The notes under the pieces were generated by a model. It did not search any database and was not told the origin of the DNA. It saw nothing but the letters and a program-made list of their open reading frames with translations. The translations under genes and the position numbers were made by a program. Shown piece by piece: positions 1 through 8,526 of a stretch of 64,000 nucleotides of DNA. Position 1 is the stretch's first letter. The number at the start of each line of letters is the position of its first letter. Source of the DNA: Planctomycetota bacterium (lineage in GTDB: Bacteria; Planctomycetota; UBA11346); NCBI GenBank assembly GCA_038231435.1, contig JBBRLJ010000003.1, forward strand, positions 96,001 to 160,000, in the 5' to 3' direction.

Positions 1-637
1 CTTGCTCGGCGATGCCGAGCTCGGGACAGGCGAGGCTGGCCAGCGACAGGTCGGCAGCATCGCGCCCATCGCTGACCAGCGAGAATCCCTCGAGCGCGAA
101 CGTCCCCGACTCGCCTCCCGGCAGCGGCAGACGCACGCTCACCCGGCCGCGCAGCTCGATGGCCGGCAACCGCGCGGGCAGCCGCGCGAACATCGAGGGC
201 TTCGGCGCTTTTCGAACAGCGGGCGCCGCCGCGGCGGCGGGCCGCGTCAGATCGATGCGCAGGTCTAGACCTTCAATGCGCAGCGAGTGCAGGCCCGAGA
301 GCGGACGACTACGCAACAGGTCGACGATGCCGTAGGTGACCTCCAGCCGATCCCATGACAGATGCGAGAGCGGACCGGTTTCCGGAGCTTCCTCGGTGCG
401 CAGGTCGACCAGCACGGCGTCGCTGAACCATGCGCCGCGCACCCCTTTGGCGGTGAAGCGGCCGCCGAAGGTCTCGGAGAGCTTCGCGGCCACGAGGTTA
501 CCCAGGGGCCGGCCGAACAAGGGTCCGCGCAGCAGGTAGGCTCCGACCACCAGGACCACGAGCGACAACGCGCCAAGGAGCACGAAGCGCCGTAGCCGAT
601 GTCGACGCGCTGGAGGTGTGGTACGAACGGATGGCAT
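1..637 (-). CDS. AsmA/TamB-like envelope protein, N-terminal part (runs off the left edge)
   Basis: Not in the ORF track. Manual translation from ATG at 637 is open to the edge: MPSVRTTPPARRHRLRRFVLLGALSLVVLVVGAYLLRGPLFGRPLGNLVAAKLSETFGGRFTAKGVRGAWFSDAVLVDL... Basic N-terminus, one TM anchor, then beta-rich sequence as in AsmA/TamB N-termini. Confidence 0.55.
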   Translation of the reverse strand, partial: MPSVRTTPPARRHRLRRFVLLGALSLVVLVVGAYLLRGPLFGRPLGNLVAAKLSETFGGRFTAKGVRGAWFSDAVLVDLRTEEAPETGPLSHLSWDRLEVTYGIVDLLRSRPLSGLHSLRIEGLDLRIDLTRPAAAAAPAVRKAPKPSMFARLPARLPAIELRGRVSVRLPLPGGESGTFALEGFSLVSDGRDAADLSLASLACPELGIAEQ

Positions 638-800
638 GGGCGGGTCGCCCAGCCTAGGGCCACGAGCCCCCTCGGCGATGGGCAAGAATCGAGCTATACA
701 CGCCGAACCCACCTACCAGCCGGGGTCTACGCCATTTCTCCACTGCTTCGGACCGCGAGGAGAGCTGTCCAGGCGGGGCCGATGCGCCGTCTCAGCGCGC

Positions 801-3800
801 TCAACGCTGCAGGTCTCGCCGGCGCGCACCGACGAGCTTGAGCAGGGCGAGCGTGGTGAACATCGCGGCGAGTCCGCCGGTGCCGCAGCCCTTATGCGGG
901 CTGCCACCCATCTCGCCAGCGTTCGAAGCCGATGCCGAGAGGGTATCGACGTAGGTGTAACCGTTGGCCATGCTGGCGGTCTGGCTCGATACTGTGACCG
1001 CCACGCTCTTGGCGCCGGCACTCCCCGAGGGGACGATGCAACTGATCGACGTGGGGCTCAGCACCGTCACTCCGATGGCCGCCACGCCTCCGATCGTCAC
1101 GGTCGATCCGGATGCGAAATTCGAGCCCGAGATGGTCACGCCGTTACCTCCGGCGATCGATCCACTCGCGGGCGAAATGGACGAGATCGTTGGCGCGGGC
1201 GCGAGATAGGTGAAGCTGTTGGTGAGGGTCGTGGTCTGGGCAGACACGGTCACCGCAACCGACTTCGCGCCAGCCGCTCCGACCGGGGTGGTGCAAGTGA
1301 TCGAGGTCGCGCTCACGACCGTCACACCAGTCGCGGCCGCGCCGCCGATCGTCACCGTCGCGCCGGCAGCGAAATTCGTCCCCGTGATGGTGACCAGGGT
1401 GCCTCCGGCGGTCGGGCCGCTGCTGGGCGAGATCGAGGACACCGTTGGCGCTCCAGGCGCGACGTAGCTGAAGCCGTTGGTCAAAGTCGCCGTCTGCCCC
1501 GCGGTGGATACGATGACCGACTTGGCTCCCGCCGTGCCTGCTGGGGTGACGCAGGTGATGGTGGTCGGCCCCACCAGCACCACACTGGTCGCAGCGACCC
1601 CACCGATCGTCACTGACGTCGCACCGGAAAAATCCGTGCCGGTGATGGTCACTGCCGTGCCGCCAGCGGTCGGACCGTTGCTCGGAGCGATTCCGCTGAT
1701 CACAGGTGCCGGCACCACGAAGGTGAAGCCGTTGGTCAAGGTCGCCGTCTGGCTGGAGACCGTCACGGCCACAGTCCTGGCTCCCGCTGCGCCAGCAGGC
1801 GTCATGCACGAGATCGATGTCGGGCCGAGCACGGTCACGCTGGTCGCGCTCGCGCCGCCGATCGTGACCGTGGCCCCCACTGAGAATCCTGTGCCGGAAA
1901 TGGTCACGCTGGTGCCCCCCGCCGTGGTTCCGGAACTCGGCGAGATCGAAGAGATGGTTGGCGCCGGCGCGACATAGGTGAAGCCGTTGGTGAGCGTGGC
2001 GGACTGCCCGGAGACCGTGACCACCACGTTCCTGGCTCCAGCCGCCCCCGCGGGGGATGTGCACGTGAGCGAGGAGGCGCTCGCCACTGAAACCCCCGTC
2101 GCGGAAGCGCCGCCGATCGTCACGGTGGTCGCACCGTTGACGAAATTCGTACCGGTGATGGTCACGCTGGTACCGCCCGCGGTGGTGCCGGTGGACGGCG
2201 AGATCGATGCGACGGTCGGCGCCGGAGCCACGTAGGTGAATGCGTTCGAGAGCGTCACCGTCTGTGATGATTCCGTCACCGACACGTCCCTGGCACCAGC
2301 GCTGCCGGCGGGCGTCGTGCAGGTGATCGTGGTGCCACTGGTCACCGTGACGTTGGTGGCCGCCGTTCCACCGATGGAAACAGTCGCCCCCGCAGTGAAG
2401 CCTGAGCCGCTGATGGTCACGTTGGTGCCACCCGCGATCGTGCCACTGGACGGCGAGATGGACGCCACGGTATGGCTCGCGCCTGCTCCGCCGAAGATGA
2501 GCACGGCCATCGAGCCGTTTATGGGCAAGTTCACCGAATACGTGCTGCCGCTCACTGTGGTGGTGGTCGGAGAGGGAAGGACGCCGCTGGCCTTCGGCTG
2601 TGGGAAGAGGACGCCGTTCATGATGCTCGAGTTCACGGCCCAGGTACCCGCGGTGTTCTGCAGGGTGCTGATCTCAAGGGCCTTGCCGTCCGGATTGTAG
2701 CCGCCAGTGAACGATAGGGTCACATCCTGCGCTAGGTCCGGGTTTCTGTTGCAGAGCATGACTTGGATCTTGCCATCGCTGGTCTTGGTGGCGTATGCGC
2801 TCAGGGTGGTCCCAGCGTCGGCGGGATTGGCCACTTCGAGCACGCTCGTCCCCAGCTTCTGCGCCAAGGTGAGCGCCAAGAACGGGGCGTTGACGTCTCC
2901 GCGCATGGGCGCGCGGTAGCCATCCCAGTTTGCGATCATGCCGTAGCTCTGGGCGATGGTACCGAGGCAGAACTGGGTGTTACCGGCCACGCCAAGCTGA
3001 TGCATCATGCCGACGATGTCCGCGTCGTTCACGCCGGTGAAGGTGTAATCGTAGTCGCCCCACCCTCCGGGATTGATCCAGTTCCACTCGGTGATGTAGA
3101 TGGGGAGCGCGCGCGTATCGTAAAGCGCAATCTGGGCCTTGGCATCGTTGATGAAGTTCGCGAGCAAGGTCTGGGCGGCGTTGCGGCGATAGTCAGGTCC
3201 GGGGAAGTTGAAGCCGCCGCCAGCGTACCAGTGGAGGCTGACGCCATCGACCTTGCCATCACCCGACTTGTTGCCATGCGCCTGGAGGAACAGCGCCAGG
3301 TTGCTGATCAGGGTGGTGCCCGGGCCGATCATCGGGATGGACGGGCTCACCGATTTGAGCGCATCGTACTGCAGGCCGAAGGTCGCGTTGTAGGTCGCCA
3401 TGTAGGTGGCGGCGGGCTGGGTCTTCTGCGGTCCATACTCCGGCTCGTTGCCACCCTCCCACATACCGACCTGGATGCCGTTGGCCTTCATGTAGGCATC
3501 GATGGCTTTCACCGTCGTGGCCGAATTCTGCCCAGTGCCGTTGGCGTCGTAGATGTTGGTCTGGTAGAGCAGCTTGCCGCCGCCGGCGTTCGCCAAAGCC
3601 CAGGCTTCGGCGATGGTGCGATTGCCCGCGCTTCCGGGCGCCTGCCAATCGAACCAGTCGCACGGGATGCCGCCAGGGAAGCGCACTAGGCCGAAGCGGC
3701 TCGCCTTCATGTCGTTGATCGACGTGGGATCGGCGCCGAGGTCGTTCCAGTAGGCGACGAAGTTCGTGCCGGTGTAATCCTGTCGGACGGTGCTGGTCAC

Positions 3801-3950
3801 GGTGGTGTCGTGGACCACTACCGATACCGCGCCGCTCGCGAGCGCCGGTGCGATGACGGGGACCAAGATCGCGACGGCCAACCCGAGCGCTAAGCCCGCG
3901 CAGCGGTCGGCGATGGCAGAGCTCAAGACGGCTATCGAGGGACGGGGCAT
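801..3950 (-). CDS. Secreted clan GH-A glycoside hydrolase (GH44/GH51/GH79-like) with six IPT/TIG repeats and a C-terminal CGxG-TM-Arg tail
   Basis: Signal peptide; VRFPGG motif, WEGGNEP (acid/base) and IYITEWN (nucleophile); six ~85-aa repeats of the type PTxxSISPxSGxxAGGTxVTIxGxxF; ends HKGCGTGGLAAMFTTLALLKLVGARRR. Start set at ATG 3950. Confidence 0.8.
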   Translation of the reverse strand: MPRPSIAVLSSAIADRCAGLALGLAVAILVPVIAPALASGAVSVVVHDTTVTSTVRQDYTGTNFVAYWNDLGADPTSINDMKASRFGLVRFPGGIPCDWFDWQAPGSAGNRTIAEAWALANAGGGKLLYQTNIYDANGTGQNSATTVKAIDAYMKANGIQVGMWEGGNEPEYGPQKTQPAATYMATYNATFGLQYDALKSVSPSIPMIGPGTTLISNLALFLQAHGNKSGDGKVDGVSLHWYAGGGFNFPGPDYRRNAAQTLLANFINDAKAQIALYDTRALPIYITEWNWINPGGWGDYDYTFTGVNDADIVGMMHQLGVAGNTQFCLGTIAQSYGMIANWDGYRAPMRGDVNAPFLALTLAQKLGTSVLEVANPADAGTTLSAYATKTSDGKIQVMLCNRNPDLAQDVTLSFTGGYNPDGKALEISTLQNTAGTWAVNSSIMNGVLFPQPKASGVLPSPTTTTVSGSTYSVNLPINGSMAVLIFGGAGASHTVASISPSSGTIAGGTNVTISGSGFTAGATVSIGGTAATNVTVTSGTTITCTTPAGSAGARDVSVTESSQTVTLSNAFTYVAPAPTVASISPSTGTTAGGTSVTITGTNFVNGATTVTIGGASATGVSVASASSLTCTSPAGAAGARNVVVTVSGQSATLTNGFTYVAPAPTISSISPSSGTTAGGTSVTISGTGFSVGATVTIGGASATSVTVLGPTSISCMTPAGAAGARTVAVTVSSQTATLTNGFTFVVPAPVISGIAPSNGPTAGGTAVTITGTDFSGATSVTIGGVAATSVVLVGPTTITCVTPAGTAGAKSVIVSTAGQTATLTNGFSYVAPGAPTVSSISPSSGPTAGGTLVTITGTNFAAGATVTIGGAAATGVTVVSATSITCTTPVGAAGAKSVAVTVSAQTTTLTNSFTYLAPAPTISSISPASGSIAGGNGVTISGSNFASGSTVTIGGVAAIGVTVLSPTSISCIVPSGSAGAKSVAVTVSSQTASMANGYTYVDTLSASASNAGEMGGSPHKGCGTGGLAAMFTTLALLKLVGARRRDLQR
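920..2475 (-). repeat. Six tandem IPT/TIG domain repeats (about 255 bp each) within the glycosidase gene
   Basis: Repeated TISSISPxSG..AGG..VTI.G.NF..GATVTIGG.AAT.VTV.S.T.ITC.TPAG.AGA..V.VTVS.QT.TL.N.FTY units; boundaries approximate. Confidence 0.85.
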
Positions 3951-4083
3951 GGCGGCCTCCGGCACTCCTTCCGCGCGCGGATGGCTTTCGGACCCCCTGC
4001 GCGCGGGGGCCACGCGCGTGTACGCTACACGCGCTCGCTCGATTCACGCTCAAGCGCAAGCGCTCAGATGGCTTATGTCTCGA

Positions 4084-6183
4084 TCAGCCGAGAGCCTTGG
4101 CAGCAGCAACGATGCCGCCAGCATCGATGCCGTGCTTCTTGTACAGCTCCTCGGCCAGGTACGCGCTCTGTCCGAATTCGCCATGCACGCCCAGCATCTT
4201 CACCTTGGGCAGGGCCCCCGCCTGGGCGAGCGCCGCCACCAGCATCGAGCCGGCTCCACCGATCAGCTGGTGGTCCTCGACGGTCACCAGCTTGCCGCCG
4301 CACTTCTGGATGGCTGCCTGATGGCCGGCAACGTCTGGACGGTTCGGCGTGGAATTGTTCAGCACCAGCGCGCCGATGCCATTCTTGGCGAGGGCGTCGG
4401 CAGCCTTGATCGCCTGCACCAGCATCGAGCCGTTGGCGCTGATGACGACCGACGACGGCTTGCCGGCAGTGGTGTCGAGGACGGTCATCGCCTTGCCCCA
4501 GGCGTAGGTCGCGCCCTCAGGCTTGAGCGACACCGGGAAATTCTCACGGCCGACGAAGAAGACGACGGTGTCGGGATGTTTGCCCGCCTTGCGCTCGTCG
4601 GCGAAACGCTGGATCGCAGCGCCCATCGCCCACTCGGCCTCCTCGGCTGACGCCGGGCAGTACTGGCTGACGTGCGGGATCGCCCCGGTCATCGCCAGGT
4701 ACTGCAACGCTTGGTGCGAGGCGCCGTCGGCGGCGTCCTGGAAACCGGTGTGCGAGAACACCGCGATGACGCCCGATTGGCTGAGGTTCGCCATGCAGAT
4801 CGGCAGCAGGCCCTTGGTGACGCCGAACTGCGCGAAGGTGTCGACCACCGGGATGTAGCCCATCTTCGAGAAGCCGGCCGCGGTCGAGACCATGTTGGAC
4901 TCGGCGACGCCGACCTCGAACGACAGCTGCGGATACTTGGCGCGGAAAGGCGCGACGCCGGTCGAGCCCTGCAGGTCGGCACTCACCGAGACCACCGGCA
5001 GGCCCTTGTCGGCCGCCGCGATCATCGCCTTGGGGAACCCTGACTGGATCTTGTCCTTCTTGATGGGGGCCGCGGTCGGCTTGGCCTGAGACTCGACCGA
5101 CTTGGCCTTCTCTGCTTCCTTGGCGGCGTGCGCCTTGGCTGCTTCCTCGATCTCGGAGAGCCACGCGCCGAACACGTCGTTCAGCGGCTTTCCGCCATTA
5201 ATCTCCAACACGAACGGGCGCAGCTGCTCAGCCTTGGTCAGCGGGAAGCCGTGGCCGCCGCTGGCGGACTTCATCTGCGCCGCGACACCGAAACCCTTGA
5301 TGGTCTTGGCCCACAACGCCACCGGCCTGGTGGGATCCTTCTCGGCCGCGGCGATCGCCGCTTCGACTGCGCTGAAAGCCTGCTGCAGATCGTTGCCGTG
5401 ATCGCAGGCGACGATCGTCCAGCCCTGGGCCGCGAGCGAGCCCAGGTACGGCTCCATCGAGAACGCATCGGCATCGATGCGGCCAGAGAGTTTGGTGTTG
5501 TTGTCCGAGATCACGAGCACGAAGGGATTGCACATGCCCTTGGCGGCGAAGCCGGGGATGGCGGCGACCGATTCCTTGGCCTCGCCTTCCATCATCGCGC
5601 CGTCGGAGATGACGCAGATGGTGGTGCGCTTGGAGTCGGCGAGGCGATCCGCGAGCGCGAGGCCCTGGGCCACCGGGATCGATGATCCGAGCGGGCCGTT
5701 CGAGACCATCACGCCTTCGGGAAAGAGATGGCTCTCGCCGTGACCAGTGAGCTTGGAAGCGATCGAGCGGAAGCCCTTCATGTCCTGGATGGTGAGGCCG
5801 GCGAAGCCGTAGTTGGCCTTGAGCGCGTAGACGCCGTTCTCGGTGTGACCGGCATCGTTCACGAAATTGAAATGATCATGCCAGACCCCAGGACGCGAGA
5901 ACATCACGCCATGGATCGACGACATCAGCTCGGCCAGCGCGGCCGGGCCGCCGAAGTGGCAGGCGGCGCCGCCGGTGACCGCGTTCATGTCCATCAGCGA
6001 CACGATGGTGCGCGTGGCGACGGGGTCGGCGACCTGGAACTTGCTGCCGTCGGCGCGCGTGACCGTCGCCGCCCACTGCGGCGCGCGCGCGGGATTGCCG
6101 GCGAGCGGATTCGGGTAGGCGAGGCCCTTGCGGTGGCGCTGTTCGGGCGGGACGGCGGCGGCGGCGGCGAGTTCGGTGCCCAT
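4084..6183 (-). CDS. tkt: Transketolase (single chain, ThDP-dependent)
   Basis: CHFGG, FVNDAGH, LTGHGE, GPLGS, ThDP motif SDGAMMEGEAKE...DNN, GVAESNM, DGASHQ, VTVEDH. Start ATG 6183. Confidence 0.9.
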   Translation of the reverse strand: MGTELAAAAAVPPEQRHRKGLAYPNPLAGNPARAPQWAATVTRADGSKFQVADPVATRTIVSLMDMNAVTGGAACHFGGPAALAELMSSIHGVMFSRPGVWHDHFNFVNDAGHTENGVYALKANYGFAGLTIQDMKGFRSIASKLTGHGESHLFPEGVMVSNGPLGSSIPVAQGLALADRLADSKRTTICVISDGAMMEGEAKESVAAIPGFAAKGMCNPFVLVISDNNTKLSGRIDADAFSMEPYLGSLAAQGWTIVACDHGNDLQQAFSAVEAAIAAAEKDPTRPVALWAKTIKGFGVAAQMKSASGGHGFPLTKAEQLRPFVLEINGGKPLNDVFGAWLSEIEEAAKAHAAKEAEKAKSVESQAKPTAAPIKKDKIQSGFPKAMIAAADKGLPVVSVSADLQGSTGVAPFRAKYPQLSFEVGVAESNMVSTAAGFSKMGYIPVVDTFAQFGVTKGLLPICMANLSQSGVIAVFSHTGFQDAADGASHQALQYLAMTGAIPHVSQYCPASAEEAEWAMGAAIQRFADERKAGKHPDTVVFFVGRENFPVSLKPEGATYAWGKAMTVLDTTAGKPSSVVISANGSMLVQAIKAADALAKNGIGALVLNNSTPNRPDVAGHQAAIQKCGGKLVTVEDHQLIGGAGSMLVAALAQAGALPKVKMLGVHGEFGQSAYLAEELYKKHGIDAGGIVAAAKALG

Positions 6184-6357
6184 GGGATATCCTCTCGAAA
6201 GCTCCGCGTTCGCGGCGAATGGGTGTGTGCCGGATGAAACCGATCCGGCGGCGTGGAGATGGTGAGGCCGAACCGGGCGGTGCAAGCGGGTCGCGCCGTC
6301 GTCGCACGGCTCCCCCGCGTAGGAACCGGGGGCCCCAGCGCCCCGCGATGGGGCGGG

Positions 6358-6487
6358 CGCCGAGGGGCGCTCGGCGGATACAATCGGCGTAGCCGATCCG
6401 CCGACGATGTCGCAGCGCAGCGAAGACATCGAGCCCCGACAAAGCCCGTGGGGTAGGCCCGCTCAGGGCCGTAGGGGCGAAGCCCCT
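6358..6487 (+). repeat. Multi-hairpin intergenic element, copy A
   Basis: CGCCGAG; TCGGCGG-ATACA-ATCGGC-GTA-GCCGAT-CCGCCGA; CGATGTC...GACATCG; GACAAAG; AGGGGC-GAA-GCCCCT. Same order of modules as the copies at 13897-14013 and 14216-14331. Confidence 0.65.
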
Positions 6488-6566
6488 GAAAACATAAGCA
6501 GGTGCCGCACGGCACTGAAATCCGACTGTTTCCCCATGACAGCTGTGTCCGGAAGGGTACAAGGCC

Positions 6567-7646
6567 GTGATGCGCCATATCCACGCCCTGCCATTCGTCT
6601 TGCCCATGATCCTGTCGATGTCAGCCGCTCTGTCCCTGCTGACCCCCTCGCTGGCCTCGGGTGCCACCATCGGCGAAAGCCGCGAGAGCCGGGCCATCAC
6701 CATCAACTCGCGGGTCTCGAGCAAGCTGATCGCGCTCAACCAGCCCGTGCGCATCGACTTCACGACCATGCCGCGGCAGATCGAGAACATCGACATCGCC
6801 AGCACCGTGGCCAACTCTCTGGCCGTGGGCCTAGGCGCCAACTGGCGGGTACTCGGCAAGCCGGTGGTCAGCGAGCACGACAAGACCAAGACCGTCACCG
6901 TCGCGGTGACGCTGCTGCCGCGCAAGACCGGCAAGATCATGCTGCCGCAGATCCCGATCACCTGGCTGCAGGGTGACCAATACGCCGAGTTCGGCGAGGT
7001 CGAGGTCTCGGAGCGCATCCTGGTCGGCGGCGACACCGCTGACCTGCCCAAGGAATGCAACGGCGTCGCCGGCTTCGCCTGGGGCGCCAAGCTCGCCGAG
7101 CTGAAGACCACCCAGATCGCCGACAACCTCATCGACTATCAGGCCGACAAGGTGGTCGCCCATCCGAAACAGGGGCTCGATCTGGTCTTCCGCGGCGGCG
7201 AGCTGGCCGAGGCGGTCATCGCGGCTCCGGGCATCACCATCGACCAGGCGCGCGAGAGCTTCTTCTCGCGTTGGGGCCTGCCCCAAGTCGAGGATGCGAG
7301 CGGCATCACCTGGGTGCTGGGTTGGACGCGCATCACCGCGTCGAGCGCCGGTGCCGACCAGGGCGTACGCCTGGCGCTCGTCCGCGAGGACATCCAGACC
7401 CGCTTGAACAAGGCGCAGGTGAAGGACAACGTGTTCGACGTGCTCGAGGGTCCGGGCAGTACCGGCACAGCGGCCAAGCCGGCGCCAGCCGCGGTTCCCG
7501 CCGAGAGCGACGAACAGGCGCGCACCCGGCTGCGCAAGGAAGCCGACGAGTTCAAGCGTGGGCACCCGGATGCCGCGCAGGGTGCCACGACCACGCCCGC
7601 TCCCGCGCCGAATGCGCAACCGACCGGCGCGAAGCCTGCTCCGTAA
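6567..7646 (+). CDS. Exported protein with a BatD-like N-terminal domain
   Basis: Signal peptide; VTLLPRKTGKIMLPQIPITW resembles BatD Ig-like repeats; Pro/Ala-rich tail; GC-biased codon usage. Confidence 0.6.
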   Translation: MMRHIHALPFVLPMILSMSAALSLLTPSLASGATIGESRESRAITINSRVSSKLIALNQPVRIDFTTMPRQIENIDIASTVANSLAVGLGANWRVLGKPVVSEHDKTKTVTVAVTLLPRKTGKIMLPQIPITWLQGDQYAEFGEVEVSERILVGGDTADLPKECNGVAGFAWGAKLAELKTTQIADNLIDYQADKVVAHPKQGLDLVFRGGELAEAVIAAPGITIDQARESFFSRWGLPQVEDASGITWVLGWTRITASSAGADQGVRLALVREDIQTRLNKAQVKDNVFDVLEGPGSTGTAAKPAPAAVPAESDEQARTRLRKEADEFKRGHPDAAQGATTTPAPAPNAQPTGAKPAP

Positions 7647-7706
7647 GATCTGGGATCATAGGATCTCGGATACGCCATAGGCGCTCGGGATGCCGTGAGT
7701 CCGGGA

Positions 7707-8510
7707 TCAGGCCGCGCGCGTCAGCCTAGCCAGCAGCGCGCCACGGCGAGCATCGTCTAATACGTACATGCCGGGCTTGCGCGCGCCGAGGAAGTGCAGA
7801 TCGCTGCCGCAGCTGGCGAACAGCCCGCGCGCATCGCACAGCGCCGCGAGCTCAATAGCCAAGGCTGGTGACAGTCCCGGATGAGCGAGCTCGAGCCCGT
7901 CGCAGCCTTCGTCGAGCAAGGGTTCGATGGCCGCGCGCGTCGCGTAGATGCCGGGATGCGCGAGGATGGCGATGCCGCCGGCGGCGCGTATGGCGGCGCA
8001 GGCGGCGGAGACCGGGGGAAACTGCGGCAGCGATGGATCGCGCACGTGCTCGTCGGCGAGGTGCCGGTTGAAAGCGTCCTGGATGGTTTTGGCTCCGCCG
8101 CGTCTCACTAGCGCGCGCGCGAGATGATTGCGGCCCAGCGCATGGGCGCGCCCATCCTCGAGATCGGCGAGGCACAATCCGCGCGCCACGCTCTCTGGTA
8201 GGCGAGCGATCAGCGCGGTCAGGCGCTCGCGCCTGAGCTCGCGGATTCCGGCCAAGAATGCGACCAGCACTTGGTGATCGGGGTCGACACCGAGCCCAAC
8301 CACGTGCACCTCGCGGCCGTCGTGGCTGGCGGTGGCCTCGACTCCGGGGACGAGCCCCGCCTGCCCGCGCAATTCGGCGAACGCATCCATGCTGTCGTGA
8401 TCGGTGACCGCCCACGCATCGAGCCGCGCATGACGCACCGCGGCGAGCAGCTCGGTTGGCTCGAGGGCGCCGTCGCTCAGGCGCGTGTGGAGATGGAAAT
8501 CGACGCGCAC
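7707..8510 (-). CDS. PHP-domain metal-dependent phosphoesterase (TrpH/YciV-like)
   Basis: DFHLHTRLSDG, VTDHD, GVE, ILAHP, GSDLH motifs. Confidence 0.9.
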   Translation of the reverse strand: MRVDFHLHTRLSDGALEPTELLAAVRHARLDAWAVTDHDSMDAFAELRGQAGLVPGVEATASHDGREVHVVGLGVDPDHQVLVAFLAGIRELRRERLTALIARLPESVARGLCLADLEDGRAHALGRNHLARALVRRGGAKTIQDAFNRHLADEHVRDPSLPQFPPVSAACAAIRAAGGIAILAHPGIYATRAAIEPLLDEGCDGLELAHPGLSPALAIELAALCDARGLFASCGSDLHFLGARKPGMYVLDDARRGALLARLTRAA

Positions 8511-8526
8511 GTGGCCTGCACCTGTC

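Noticed and set aside
920..2475. Regularly spaced repeats as a CRISPR array
   Set aside because: They are ~255-bp degenerate in-frame IPT/TIG domain repeats within one ORF; no spacer structure and no cas genes.
4014..4034. Perfect hairpin GCGCGTGTA-CGC-TACACGCGC between tkt and the glycosidase
   Set aside because: Single short palindrome with no U-tract; cannot distinguish terminator, operator or chance.
7644..7710. Cluster of GATC-like words as an origin or methylation signal
   Set aside because: Very short, GATC is frequent throughout this sequence, and there are no DnaA boxes or AT-rich unwinding element.
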